Source of the DNA: Octopus sinensis
Taxonomy: Eukaryota
DNA: 64,000 bases
Assembly: GCF_006345805.1 (NCBI RefSeq)
Contig: NC_043000.1
Coordinates: 141,484,001 to 141,548,000 of the forward strand
Reading direction: 5' to 3'
Under the pieces are notes generated by a model. That model did no database searches. It saw only the letters and a program-made list of their open reading frames with translations, and had not been told where the DNA came from. This document shows, piece after piece, positions 38,080 to 51,013 of the stretch. Position numbers and translations under genes: made by a program. Each line of letters starts with the position of its first letter. Within the stretch, counting starts at the first letter, position 1.

Positions 38080-38913
38080 CTTAGACCCAAAACGTGTTTT
38101 GACAGAGTTTGTCACGTTTTTGTAACGCTTTATCCATTCTTTACTCATATTCATTCGCATTCAGATCACGCCTGGTATTCGTCTTCCGCTAGTCAACACA
38201 TTCAGTAAGGGGGCATCAAAAATAAATAATCATGGAGGACCATTTCTCACCTGGCGATCCTGGGCAACCTTCATATTCCCCCGATCTCGTCACCTCTCAA
38301 ACTGATCCCCACGTAATCCCACCTGATTTAGCATTGAATATTGGCGGGTTCCAGTCGGAAACTGCGGATGTACCCTCGGCCAGTCAGCCTCCCGTTGTAA
38401 GTGATCGCTCATTACACTGTGTTATCCACAGCAGAAAGTCTAAAGAGAGCGCTGAAAGTGGACCGCTACTTCCGCTCTCAGGGCAGAGATGACGATCCAT
38501 CGAAAACGCTTCATCAAAACGCTCAAGTAAAAAAAAGATTGCGTACATCCATTTATTACGACATCATCCAAAAGCTACCAGAAATATTTTCTGATTTACA
38601 CGGACACCACAGTGGTTGTTATAAAGATTTCACATCTATCACAGATGATGTTCAGCCTCTAGAAACGACCCCTAGTCCATTACCAAGAAAACTCAAAATA
38701 CCAACAGTGGTGCCCACATCTTCTGACGGAATTTACTCTCAGGTCTGCGTATTCTGCGATTTGAAGCGCAAGTCAAAAGGTAGGAGTGGAGAAGAGAGTC
38801 TGACTACTTGTCAAACTTTCGATGCACAAGAGTCAATTAAATGGGCAGCCACGACAAAGCAGCAAAAAACAAGTAAATTCTACTTGGCAGCATATTTCTA
38901 CGAGTGTGGATAG
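38080..38913 (+). mobile_element. 5' fragment of a DNA transposon ORF, possibly Academ-like
   Basis: 170-aa ORF with HHSGCYKDFT and CVFC...C-T-A-I-AA motifs, as I recall from the N-termini of large invertebrate transposon proteins; truncated after KQQ. Confidence 0.4.
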
Positions 38914-39237
38914 GTATTGGTTATGCGATGTCGCTACTCGCATGCATATTTTGAGATACTCGTAAATTTATGCTATGTGATACTCTCGCTGAAGATAGTA
39001 ATATTTTTTACTTTAAGCTTGAAAGAGCTTAAAAGATCTTTAAGCTTGAAAGATTTTGTACGCATTTAACTAAATTTTGTTGATTCATTAATTTTTTTTT
39101 GCTCGCCTACAATGTAATGTTGTATTGTCGGAGACTTTAAAGTGGTTATATGGGATTTTGGCGTCTATTTCTACAGTGCGTGGTGAGGCGTAAAGCCGAT
39201 CCCTTGTTATAATTATGTATAGAATTATAAAATAATT

Positions 39238-39280
<43 letters not shown>

Positions 39281-39653
39281 CAGGCATAATGCGCTAACAC
39301 CTTGATATCCTGGTTTCTTACTTGCTTTATATATATATAATTTAATAAATACATATTTGCATGTGATGAAAACAACTCAGACAACTTTTCATAACAATAT
39401 GGTGCCTTCACGCAATCCTGAAGCTCTTCCCATATCGCATAAGAAGCTCAAACACGACTAGGCGGAACCAGAAGATTGCGTGAAGGTATCAGACGTTTTA
39501 TAAAATGCTATCTCAATCGTTTTCTTCGTATGGAACTACTAAGAACCCATAAATTATATATTGAGTTTAGTAAATAGTATTTATTCCTCAATTGATAGAA
39601 TACTATTTTTGTTGATCATAACCTCGCTGAACAGTACACTATTCGTATATATA

Positions 39654-39843
39654 CGAGGGCTTACTCAAAAGAAACCGGAATTTTGGAATATTATTTCATC
39701 CACTCAGATTTACATGTTAACATTTTTATCGCCTTCAAAGTATTCTCCATGTGAAGCAACGCATCGCTCCAGACGCGTTTTACACAGTACGATGCAGTCC
39801 TGGACTCAAGCAAAGCGATGCCTCTTAACGCCGCCGTTGTTTT
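39654..39843 (-). mobile_element. mariner terminal fragment
   Basis: TA|CGAGGGCTTACTCAAAAGAAACCGGAATTTTGGAATATT matches the TIR region of the mariner at 51014. Confidence 0.75.
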
Positions 39844-41240
39844 TCTAAATATTATTATATTGGGGCTACCAAAATTGAAATTAAAGTATTAGAGAGCCTG
39901 AGAAGATCATTGCAGGCATCTATCTAGTCATTAAAAACAAAAAATTGCGAGACGTACTTGCTTAGTAAGTAACTTGATCTGAGATCGTGTGCTGAAAGAA
40001 AATCAGTTGGAGCATTAAAGATGTTTGCAAGCCATTCAAGAACACCCAAAAGCCGTTAGTTTCACTTCAACATTAAAATTTCCTTTGTGTCAAAATATTT
40101 TCATCGCTTTGAAACGGTGACCTGTTCCTCAATAAAACTTCGTAAAAGTGTTGCAACACGTGATTTTGTCAGTGAACAGCAAACACATACACACACATTC
40201 ATTGCCTTTCATTTGTGTGAATGTGTATCTATGTGTGTGCGCGAGTACGTATTGTGCGTCACTGTTGAAGTCGCTAGAGGAACTTGTTTGTGAATATACT
40301 GGCTTTGTGTTACATAGCGTTTAGAAATTGCAAATAAGGTGCAAGTTCGAGTACGTGTCGGTAACTATTTTTCCTTCGTATTCTAATTGTAATTACCCAA
40401 GTTTCTAAGCTCTTCTTATAGCTAACCAGCATTCAAAAATTATACGGGTATTTTAAAAGATTTTCATTCAATAAATAATGTTTTTACATTACGTATACAT
40501 TAATAGAATAAAATGTTGGTTTTACAAAAAGAGAATTAAAACTTGAAAGAGAAACTAAGAGACTTTGAAGAAGAAAATGGAATACTCCGTAGCGAATGCA
40601 ATGGATATTTAAATTTGGGAAGAATTGGACGCGGTGAATGCTATGAATATTTAAATTTGCGAGAAATTGGAGTTTAAAAATTCAATAAACTTGAGAAATC
40701 GAAATTATAAGAAATTTTTTAGAACATGAATTTATTAAAATATTTCCAGACGGTCTACCCTTTAATAATTACTTTTTTTAGTACTTTTAGTGATTTTTAC
40801 ATACCTAATAAACAAGTAACTTTCTGCATTATAGTATTGATGGGTGTGATTATGTATAAGCACGTATGTAACATTAAATAATTAATGTGTCTATCTATAT
40901 ACAAATATTCTAACGTATTCATATTTACATGTACACTTTCACATATATAGGCATATATCTATAATTCTATTCCTTTTCGATATTTTACTTATTGATTTGC
41001 ACACTTATAAATCTAAGTGAATATATATTGAATCTGTTGGATGGATATTTTGACTATTAATAATTTCTACTTATTACTAGCCTCTATAATAATAAACTAT
41101 AAATATATCTACCCTAATATTAATACTTACATAGATGGTAAATTTCTATATATCATATATCTCTACACCTCTTAAATATTATCCAGAGTATATTAACATA
41201 TATTTGCTTTCCCCAGCCCCCTTTAAAGGTTTATACTAAA

Positions 41241-41536
41241 CTACCAGTATCGCTCGGCGTTGCTCGGGTTTGTAAGGGAAATAACTATATAAGCATTTTT
41301 AGAGAGTTATAGCCAAAAAATAGCAAAAAAATGCATTAAATATGGGAAAAAAATGATGGTAATTTTTTTTTAAATCGTAGACTCATCGTAGACGCGCGCT
41401 AATACCCAGAAGGGCTCGATATGAATCACGACTATAAGATACCCGGTTTTGGTTAAACTGCACTGCAAAATGTGGGAGTAGTTAGGAATCTAAATCGTAG
41501 GAGACAGACACACAACTTGACTTTTATATATAAAGA
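41241..41536 (-). mobile_element. non-autonomous Helitron (296 bp)
   Basis: Minus strand starts A|TCTTTATATATAAAAG and ends with hairpin CCCGAGCAACGCCGAG followed by GTAG|T (CTAG with one change); AT target, no TSD. Confidence 0.75.
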
Positions 41537-41772
41537 TTTATTCTTATAACAATCCTCGGTTTGCTGTAATGTACCGAATAATAACACCCAATAATACAAT
41601 GGTATAGCTTTTTTTTTCTGCCTCTGACGAGATTCCGCTTTAAGAAATGATTTAATTATTTTAAATATAATCTTTAAAGTACGATTTGAAACAGCTGTTC
41701 GTGATTATGTTTATTTTTACAATTAATAAAGATACTTATTAATTGATTATCTCCATTTTCTTATTTTCCATT

Positions 41773-41806
<34 letters not shown>

Positions 41807-41849
41807 TATATATATATACATATGTATGTATAAGTATATACACATCTAC

Positions 41850-42220
41850 CTAGGTCATCTTCCTTTGCAGCCGCCCCACCCTCATAATTCGAATTGATTT
41901 TCACTTCCTCAAGCAGAACCATATGACACTACTTCCCCATTGCGAATCCTACCAACCTATCACTCGCGTCCTCCAACTCTATCCACCTCTCTCTACTTTA
42001 CTCTCATAGAGATCTACCTACTCCAGTAATTATATCTCTAACACCAATCAACCTTCCTTCTCACTCGTCTCTAGACTCACTCCTACTTCTACTTCTCTCA
42101 ATACCTTGGTCATTCATTCTTTCTTGCTCTGCCTCTCCTATCACTTCTTGTCCCTTCTCTTATTTAACACTACATCACTGAACCGCCTACTTCCTCATCT
42201 CACCAAATTCTATTTATCTT
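41850..42220 (-). mobile_element. probable degraded LINE remnant
   Basis: Strong pyrimidine/purine strand bias typical of decayed LINE ORF2; no diagnostic motif recovered. Confidence 0.25.
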
Positions 42221-42576
42221 CTTCTTAACCCATTCTTTACATTATTCCTTACATTATTATTTGAAACGTTAGACGCCATTCCGCCACACTGAAGGTGGGA
42301 CCTAGATTTACAGTAACCTTTATATGCATCTATTACTGGTTGCATATTCTTGAAAAATTGCACACTCAAACATACCAACATTACGACTATTACATAATTC
42401 CTAACCCACGTCCCAGCTGTCGGATCTGAAATACCATGTCCACTTCTCTTAGGTTTTTTTAATCTTTTGAATTCTATGTAAATCGGTTTTGTAAATAAAA
42501 TATACATCTATACGCTTATACTCTTTTACTTGTTTCAGTCATACCTGAATGTTTATCTGTATATTTACAGCTTTTG

Positions 42577-42610
<34 letters not shown>

Positions 42611-42708
42611 CCAATCTATCTATCTGTCTACGTATCTACCTACCTTCATATGTTTGTATGTGTGTATGGATGTATGTATTTATGTATGGATGTATGTATC
42701 TATCGACC

Positions 42709-42742
<34 letters not shown>

Positions 42743-43339
42743 CATGTGTGTGTGAGTGTGTGTGTGTGTGTGTATGTATATATATTGTATATATGCTTGT
42801 ATGTATTTCCGACAGTGAGTTGGCAGTCATTTATACGTCTTTAGAATGCCATGCAAAATGTCCTCTGAATGCCTCTACTCTCATATCAAATAGACCGAAT
42901 TCAAAATTATCGAATTCTTTTCTGGATAATTTCTCGCTTCTCTGTCTGTCTCTCTCTCTCTCATTCTCTCTCCTTACTCTCTCTCTCTCTCTCTCTGTCT
43001 TTCTCTTTCCTTTTCTGAGAGAAATTGGCTGCGGCCTGATCTCAACATGCATCAGCCTCATCAGGTTTAATGTCATGATATGACATTATGATTTCATTGT
43101 GTTAAAAGACCATGTAAAAGTATGGCATGTGTACATACACACACACACACACACACACTCACATATTTATCTAAGGACAGCCACAACAAACTAATATATG
43201 CATATATATATATACATATAGAGATGTCGACATATACAGTACATACGTGCTGACAGAAATACATACAAACACACACAAGCACACACACATGCAAGCACGC
43301 ACGCACACATATGTGCATGCATACACACACGCACACATA

Positions 43340-43740
43340 GTCTTTTATTCCTGTACCTTTTCCAGTCATTTGACTGCGGCCATGCTTGAGCTCCGACTTG
43401 AAGGGTTTTTAGCTGAATAAATCGACCGCAGGGCTTATTTGTAAGCTTAGCACTTACTCTATCGTTCCCTATTCTCGAACCGTTAAGGTACGAAGACGTA
43501 AACAGGGCAAAGCCGGATGTCAAGCAGCGATGGGGAGACAAGGACAATGACACACATACATACATATATACATATGTACGGGATTCTTTCAGTTTCTGTC
43601 TACCAAATTTACTCACAAGGCTTTCGTCTGCCCGAAGCTATAGTAGAAAACAGTTGCCCAAGATTTCACGCAGTGGGACTGAATGCGAAACTGTGTGGTT
43701 GGGAAGCAAGCTTTTTCACACAGAGCCACGCCTGCGCCTA
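43340..43740 (-). mobile_element. family B SINE, full length, diverged
   Basis: Minus-strand head TAGGCGCAGGCGTGGCTCTGTGTG, internal microsatellite and tail homologous to other family B copies. Confidence 0.85.
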
Positions 43741-43775
43741 TACATACACACACACACAAACACAGACAGACAGAC

Positions 43776-43856
<81 letters not shown>

Positions 43857-44865
43857 TATATATGCACGCGCAAAATACACCCGCACATATATATGTATAT
43901 CAAAAGGCTGTGTTATAACACTATTCCATATATACAAAAACTGCCATACCAACAATCCAACATACTCCATCATCAGCTGCCCCACGGATATCATTATGGT
44001 TTCGATACCTGGGCAGTACCATTCAGATGTGCGGTGTCAACAACACTAAAAGAAGTGTTGTTTGGGAACAAGCATTCCAAAAACAAACCACAACTTTCAA
44101 ATACATTAACCTTATGTACAACAGTATTCAGTCTAAATATAGGCAAGAAACATATAAACCTATGTACATCTGTATGAATATTAATAGTAAACCTACAATA
44201 ACTAAATAATGTACTAAATAGGAACCAATCTTTAAGTCCATACAAATAATAATCCCACCAGTCTTCCATAGTTACTACTATAATAAAAGTAAGTGAAAGC
44301 TTTATATCAATTCTTTCCAAGACGAAACATGATTGAATTTAATTTAACGAATAATATAATAATAATAATGAGTGAAATACATTATTTTATAATTCAAAAG
44401 TTAATAATAAAAACACTACATACTCTTAATATATATTACTCTTACAAGCTATAATGTAAACTTACCAGTAACTAATAGAAACATTAAATTTGTTAAATAG
44501 GAAATAATAAAAGTATATTTGTAATTAACTATTATTATAAAACTTTGCTACGATTAAAGCTAAATTAAAACTGTTTAAAAGATAATAAAACTACAAAGTC
44601 TTAACACTTACTTGTTTTTTCAAACTACATCACTTCTAGAACTTAAAAGATTATCTTTATAGATGATGTAGTACATAATTACTATTTCCTCGATTGCCTC
44701 AAACGATATTAGTGACGTATGTAAGCAAATAACTTGAATCGTAAACATTCCAAATCTCTACAAATATTTGCTAAGTTGAAGACTAGATACTACTCCATAT
44801 TTATCTAAAATTTCAAGTCTCCCACCCAAACAGCGATTAAAAGTGTTAACCAATTTACCATATCT

Positions 44866-45056
44866 ATAACGGGAAGGTTTACGAAAATAAACAAAAGACG
44901 AAGGCAGGTTTACGAAAATAAACAAAAGACGAAGGCAGGTGGAGTACAAACAAACAATTGTATTAGTATGGCGCTCAGGAATAGAAATAAAACAAGTCTT
45001 TTACGTTTCGAGCCTACGCTCTTCAACAGAAAGATACACAGAAAAGAAACAAGGAG
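44866..45056 (-). mobile_element. Penelope-type module inserted into the PLE RT thumb
   Basis: Removing it restores CAA GGG TAT AGA TAT GGT (QGYRYG); ATA repeat at both ends; internal 31-bp tandem duplication at 44875-44936. Confidence 0.8.
44997..45034 (-). ncRNA. minimal type I hammerhead ribozyme-like motif with variant core
   Basis: UCUUU CUGUUGA A GAGC GUAG GCUC GAAA CGU A AAAGA: 5-bp stem I, 4-bp stem II, palindromic ACGU stem III, GUA cleavage triplet. A6 is replaced by U. Confidence 0.55.
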
Positions 45057-48000
45057 ATACCCTTGTTTTATTAAATTTTTTAACAGTTTAATTATTTTAT
45101 GCAAAAACTTATTAGCATTATTAATAATAGTACTATATCCGACTATTTGCCCTGCAAAAACACCATAACCAATAAAATAGAGAATTATACTACTGAACTA
45201 TGACACTGAAGCCATTTGGAAACCCAAATCTTCTGTTTTATTATAAATGCCAGCACATATTTCATTATTATCCTTAAGTACTAAATTGACATCTAAATAA
45301 TTAATATTCCTTGTATTGTTACCGTTTCTGGTGGCTATAACTTCACCAAGGTGTATTCTTCTATATAAAATTTCAAAGAAACCGTAATAAGGTATAAATA
45401 TATCATCCACGTATATCCAGCATCTATTAAGTTGTTTAAGTAAACCAATTTTTTTCCTCGCGCGTAGGCCTTTAAGAAAAAGGAACTCGCATGAAGAAAG
45501 ATAAAAGTCCGCCAACGGACGCCTACAAATGTCCCCCAATGGAATTCCCCCAACCTGAATAAAACCCCCACCCGCAAACACATCAAAGGAATTATTAATA
45601 ATAAAACTAATAATTTCTTTTATCTTTCTTTTACATATATTCCTTATAACAACAATTAGACAAGAAACATTTACCATTCTTTAAAGATATACATTTATAT
45701 CCATGTGCGTGCGAGTGTGTGTGTGTGTGTGTGTGTGCATGCGTGTACATATACATGCACACGCACACATATAGGTTTCTGAATGTTTGGCGTTTACATA
45801 TGGAGAAACGCATTTAACATGCAACATGAACTGTGAATATTTTGCACAAGCTTCTCGATAACGCCCCTGAACTCAGCAAGCACAGTGATTACCATCTACA
45901 TTATTGCGTTGCTTAATGTTATACGTCAGTATAGTCTGAAGGAATTTTATAAGCCTTATATTTCATAGTTGCTCTAAAACTAAGTTGTTAATTTGCAACA
46001 GTCATTCTGTTTTCAAGTATGATATTGGTCACGACGTATTCAAAAAGACTGTTGCCGATTTTTGATGCTATTTAACGTTTCAAAATATCAAAATCATGCT
46101 TTTATTCCACAAACTCTTGATCAATATATCACAAATATTGATCTCCCGAACTGTGTAGATTTTATAGTTAACGTTTGGTTGCATGCGTATATGTCGCCTT
46201 TTAAATCAATATCTTAGTGAACAGCAGTTTTATCGTAAAAAAATTGTTTTCAAATACATTTTAACATGTAGTTTAAAGTCATAGTATCCTTCAGCTATTA
46301 TTGCAAAATAACTTTTCCTCTGCTTCAAAACATAAACACTACCGATGCATATTAGGCACCCGTTTCGATTAGCTCTTAATGTTCGATGTACTTTTTTTTA
46401 TGTTGATAAAATTCGTCTCCCGTATGTTTTAAATGGTTTATTTAGAGGAGAGATGACAACGCCTATGGTTCTTTACAGAGCCTTCAGCACTTGTGTCATG
46501 GCTGATGTGTGCAACTTAAATTTGTTTTTGTATGAAGGTGCCTATAGTAACATAGGTACTATTAAGACAGCAATGTAAATGTCACATGTCGGTAATATGT
46601 TTAAATTTCATAGCGCTGATTTTGGAAAATTTTTCCCATTACTACCTTGAAATTGTGTAGGCATTTGAGTGGAAGCCTGTAGGATGGCTTGTTATAGTAA
46701 TCTAAAGGGCCCGCTTTCTTTAATAGTGAGAGGTTGATTGTACCCTAGCATTACTTTAAATGGAAATGGAACCTGCTTTTGGCACACACATCCGCTTACC
46801 CTAAAATACAATTAGAAGGGCATTCCGTTAATCAAACAACTGGAATAGTCTTCATTGGATTCAACAAGCAGGCAATATACTTTTATCTATGTGTGATCGC
46901 TGCAATAAACTTACTTAAATACTTTTGGTCTTGTAGGATATAGGATCTCTAGATCCAGTAGATGTAGTTTTACTTAAGTATTTCAAATAGAATGGTGGCT
47001 TAAAGGGATATGGACATAGTTATATACTTTCTGTTGGAATATGTATTTGTTCCACGATTTATGTTGACAGTAATTGCTGTATTGTGATATGTGAACGGGG
47101 TATGTTTAATGATAAGTGCTAAGTATTGTATCTTTAATAATGTATTTATTTTCTTGTGTAAAGTGACACATGTTTAACGACGTATCTTTTATGATATATG
47201 TTACAAGATGCATAATTCAATGATGCATTCTATTTGATGCAAATTTTTTTTTTGGTGATAAACGGCGGCTGAAAGACGGTAGTAAGTTCTGCAACTAAAA
47301 CATAGAGAAATCAGTTCACGTATGTCAGGGAAATATTTTAAGGAAATCAATAAGCCACAACTGTTCTCATATACGTGTCGGCAATCTTCTATTACATTTT
47401 AGATTTCAATAAAGCACTGTGTGTTATAGCTCAATTCCTAATATTATGGAGGCGTTGAGTAGCTAATCTTTCTAAAACCATCTGAATTTCGCTAGTTGTA
47501 CAAGCTTTAGATATCTGTCCTAAAAAGGATTTATAGTTTCGGCTGAAGTGATCTCGTCTCTGTAATGGTGACACCATCGTTAACATCGCAGTTAGAATTC
47601 ATATCAGGAAAAATGTATTAACGTCCTTTCGAAAACACTAGAAATGTTTATCATCAATGTCAGAAGGAAAAGACGTTGAATGCGAGGGTCATGTGTAGCA
47701 ATGATATCTGGATTATTCATGTCAAAACCCAATCAGGAATTCTCACACAGACACACATAGACACATATAGACATAAACCTCCTCATTTTATATCTTTCTT
47801 ACACATCATCAAAACAATAAACACGCAACGTCGAGCAGAATACAAATAAGTGTATACTGTCACACACTGGTACAATCATTCGTATATAGGAATTCATACA
47901 CATACACACACTCTCTCTCTCTGTTACAAATTAATACTTACAAGCAAACATCATTGCACATGCGTTACACTTTCATACGCATCTTCACACAACTCACACG

Positions 48001-48124
48001 ACATGAAGTAAATCATTTAAAACATACACTTAATACATACACATCGCACACGTAAGCATATTTAAAGCGTATTCACTCAAACACACAAATTTTCGCATGC
48101 GAAATCATTATCAAATTATGTGCG

Positions 48125-48156
<32 letters not shown>

Positions 48157-48454
48157 CCTACTAACACAAGGCACAATGCAGAAAATACATACAATCACGC
48201 ACACATCAGCTAACAACTAAAGTTTCGATAAATATTCTTAAAGTCTCAAACGATTTAAATAAGATTAATGTAGATTGGAAAATTGGAAAAGAAGGGCGGG
48301 GAGACTGAAAAACATTCAGATATATAGCCAAAGTGATCAACGCACATTCAGATAAAATGCTACCTTATTAAGTAAGGATACATACACACCTACATACATA
48401 CATACATACATACATACATGATACATACATATAAACATGGATATATGCTTACAT

Positions 48455-48800
<346 letters not shown>

Positions 48801-50160
48801 ACTCTGGAGTAACATCACATTTGACATACTTAGTAGATATTGATACACCTAGTTTTGAATGGCTTCAAATTATTTCAAATGAATTTCAAAAGAAATTATT
48901 GAAATATCGTTTATCCAAAAGAAATTAATACTAAGATACCTTTAATAAATTGACCTTAACACTTCTTGATAAAGAATCTCCCGCCTTTCGTTATAATTTT
49001 AATAAAGCGTATCCTCATATCTTGAACAGTATTAACTTTTAATTATTGTCTTGTGCTGACCATTGGTACGTTAATATTTATCTGTGATGTTAAGATATTA
49101 ATTCTTAAGGATCATTTGCACAGTACTGAACAATATTGGTTTTGTAGGGAAAGAAGATACACAAAGAAAATATTTTTCTTTCATGTAATCATAATCTGAG
49201 AAAATGCAGTATTCTGTACGTGAAGCATGGCACACGCATATGCAGATTCAGAGTGAAACAGAATAGGCATTCAAAATTAATGATGGAATGTTATGCTATA
49301 TAAGTTTGTACTAAGGTGTTTCAGGTCGTAAATCTACTGATGTTGACTTGGCTTTTCATCAAACTGTCTGCTTTTGGTAGAATAAGTTTAATTAAAAGAG
49401 AAGAAACAAACCAATTAATGCGGTAGATCTAATTCACTGTTCTACTTAATACTACAACTTGGTCTTTGAGTGTTTATAGCGGAGCATAATCCAAAGCAAG
49501 TATTTTCGTTCGATAACTGATTGAAGGTAATTTCTCTTCTGCCTCCCACACTAGACTCGGACTCTTTGAAGAAGTTTATGAACGGTGACCTCTCTTTTCA
49601 TACAAATTCATAAAACATATGACCGAGTTCAATCTTGACTCAATGTCGAAGGTCTTTACGTGGTTATAGTGATATTTATGATAGCCACATCTACACACTT
49701 CTAACATCTTAAAAAATAAAGATATACTCGATGATATAGTTACAAGACATGTGCTTTGAAATAACGTTTGATGGATGGCCATGATATGAAATCATTTGTT
49801 CATAGGCATTCTCAATGTCAGGAGACATCTTGCACTTCCGAAATTTACTCCAAACTTTTTACTTTTTACCCTTGCACTTTGGACTGAACACATGCGCAAA
49901 ATGAGTAAGAGAAGAAAATTACATCAAACTTAAAAGAATTTCTTGTCTTCCTATCTCAGTGCAATATTCTATACATGTAGACGTGACAATTGTGTTTTTC
50001 ATATCCATACCACCATTGCTGCAAGACCAACAAAATTATAATACGTACTGCCATAAAATTTCTTTATATTTATATTAGAATTGCTATAATTATTCGTATC
50101 GACAGAATCATTACACAAATGTTTCCAGGTACACACTCACACACAGACAGACATACACAC

Positions 50161-50224
<64 letters not shown>

Positions 50225-50659
50225 GAAGATAGATAGATACATACATACATACGTACATACATACATACATACATACGTACATACATACATACATACATAC
50301 TTACATACATACATGCATAATACATACTTACATACACACATATATAATGTGTGTGTTGCCAAATTTGGTGACAACGAGTAATAAACTTATAGAAAACAGA
50401 AATAACCAATAAATTACTGAATAATCCTGAAACATGCATCTCATTTGAAAATAATACCAATTTGTAGCACAGATAAATAATATCCGAGAACAGAGTTATT
50501 AGGTTCAAACATATTAAGAACATTAATCCTATAATCCCAGATCAGATACCAAACAATTCTGCTATTAATTTGACAGATATAGACAAACAGAAAGAGAGGA
50601 ATCACACAAAACATGCAGAGTGGCTATTTCTTCTTTATTTCAAAATGTATGTATTGATC

Positions 50660-50875
50660 AAGGTGACGATTTGGTAAGAATCTTTAGCATGCCGGGCAAG
50701 ATGTTTAGCGGCATTATGTTTGTCTTTTCGTTCAGAGTTCAAATTCCGCCGAGGTTGACTTTGGCTTTCATCATTTCAAGGTCGATAGAATAATTACCAT
50801 TTGAGCACTGGGATCAACGTAACTCATTTACCCTTGCCACGATCGTGCTGAGCTTGTGCCAAAGATTTGCAACCG
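50660..50875 (+). mobile_element. family A-related SINE, diverged
   Basis: TTAGCATGCCGGGC...GAGTTCAAATTCCGCCGAGGTTGACTTTGGCTTTCATC. Confidence 0.75.
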
Positions 50876-50961
50876 GTATTTATGTATTGATCATCTCATC
50901 ATTCCCGCTACTCTCCAACTCTCTTTCTGTCTTTCCATGTCTTTCTGTATACGCGCGCGCG

Positions 50962-51000
<39 letters not shown>

Positions 51001-51013
51001 ACATACACACATA

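Larger units (their letters stand above)
44758..45690 (-). pseudogene. Penelope-like element reverse transcriptase C-terminal half (Naiad-type), interrupted
   Basis: GGIPLG...PLADFYL...E...YVDD, NYLDV, IYNKTEDLGF, YGVFAGQI, KLLKNLIKQGY|RYGKLVNTF...KY-stop. One in-frame TAG (45198) and a 191-bp insertion; the ORF ends right after the thumb. Confidence 0.8.

Noticed and set aside
43985-44040. CTGAAT-GGTAC...GTATC-GAAA hairpin near the putative PLE 3' end
   Set aside because: The core lacks G8/A9 and stem III cannot form; may be chance in AT-rich DNA.
46794-46812. Minus-strand TTGTATTTTAG-G-GTAAGC, a possible micro-exon or recursive splice site
   Set aside because: A single short motif expected by chance in 64 kb; the transcribed strand is not established.
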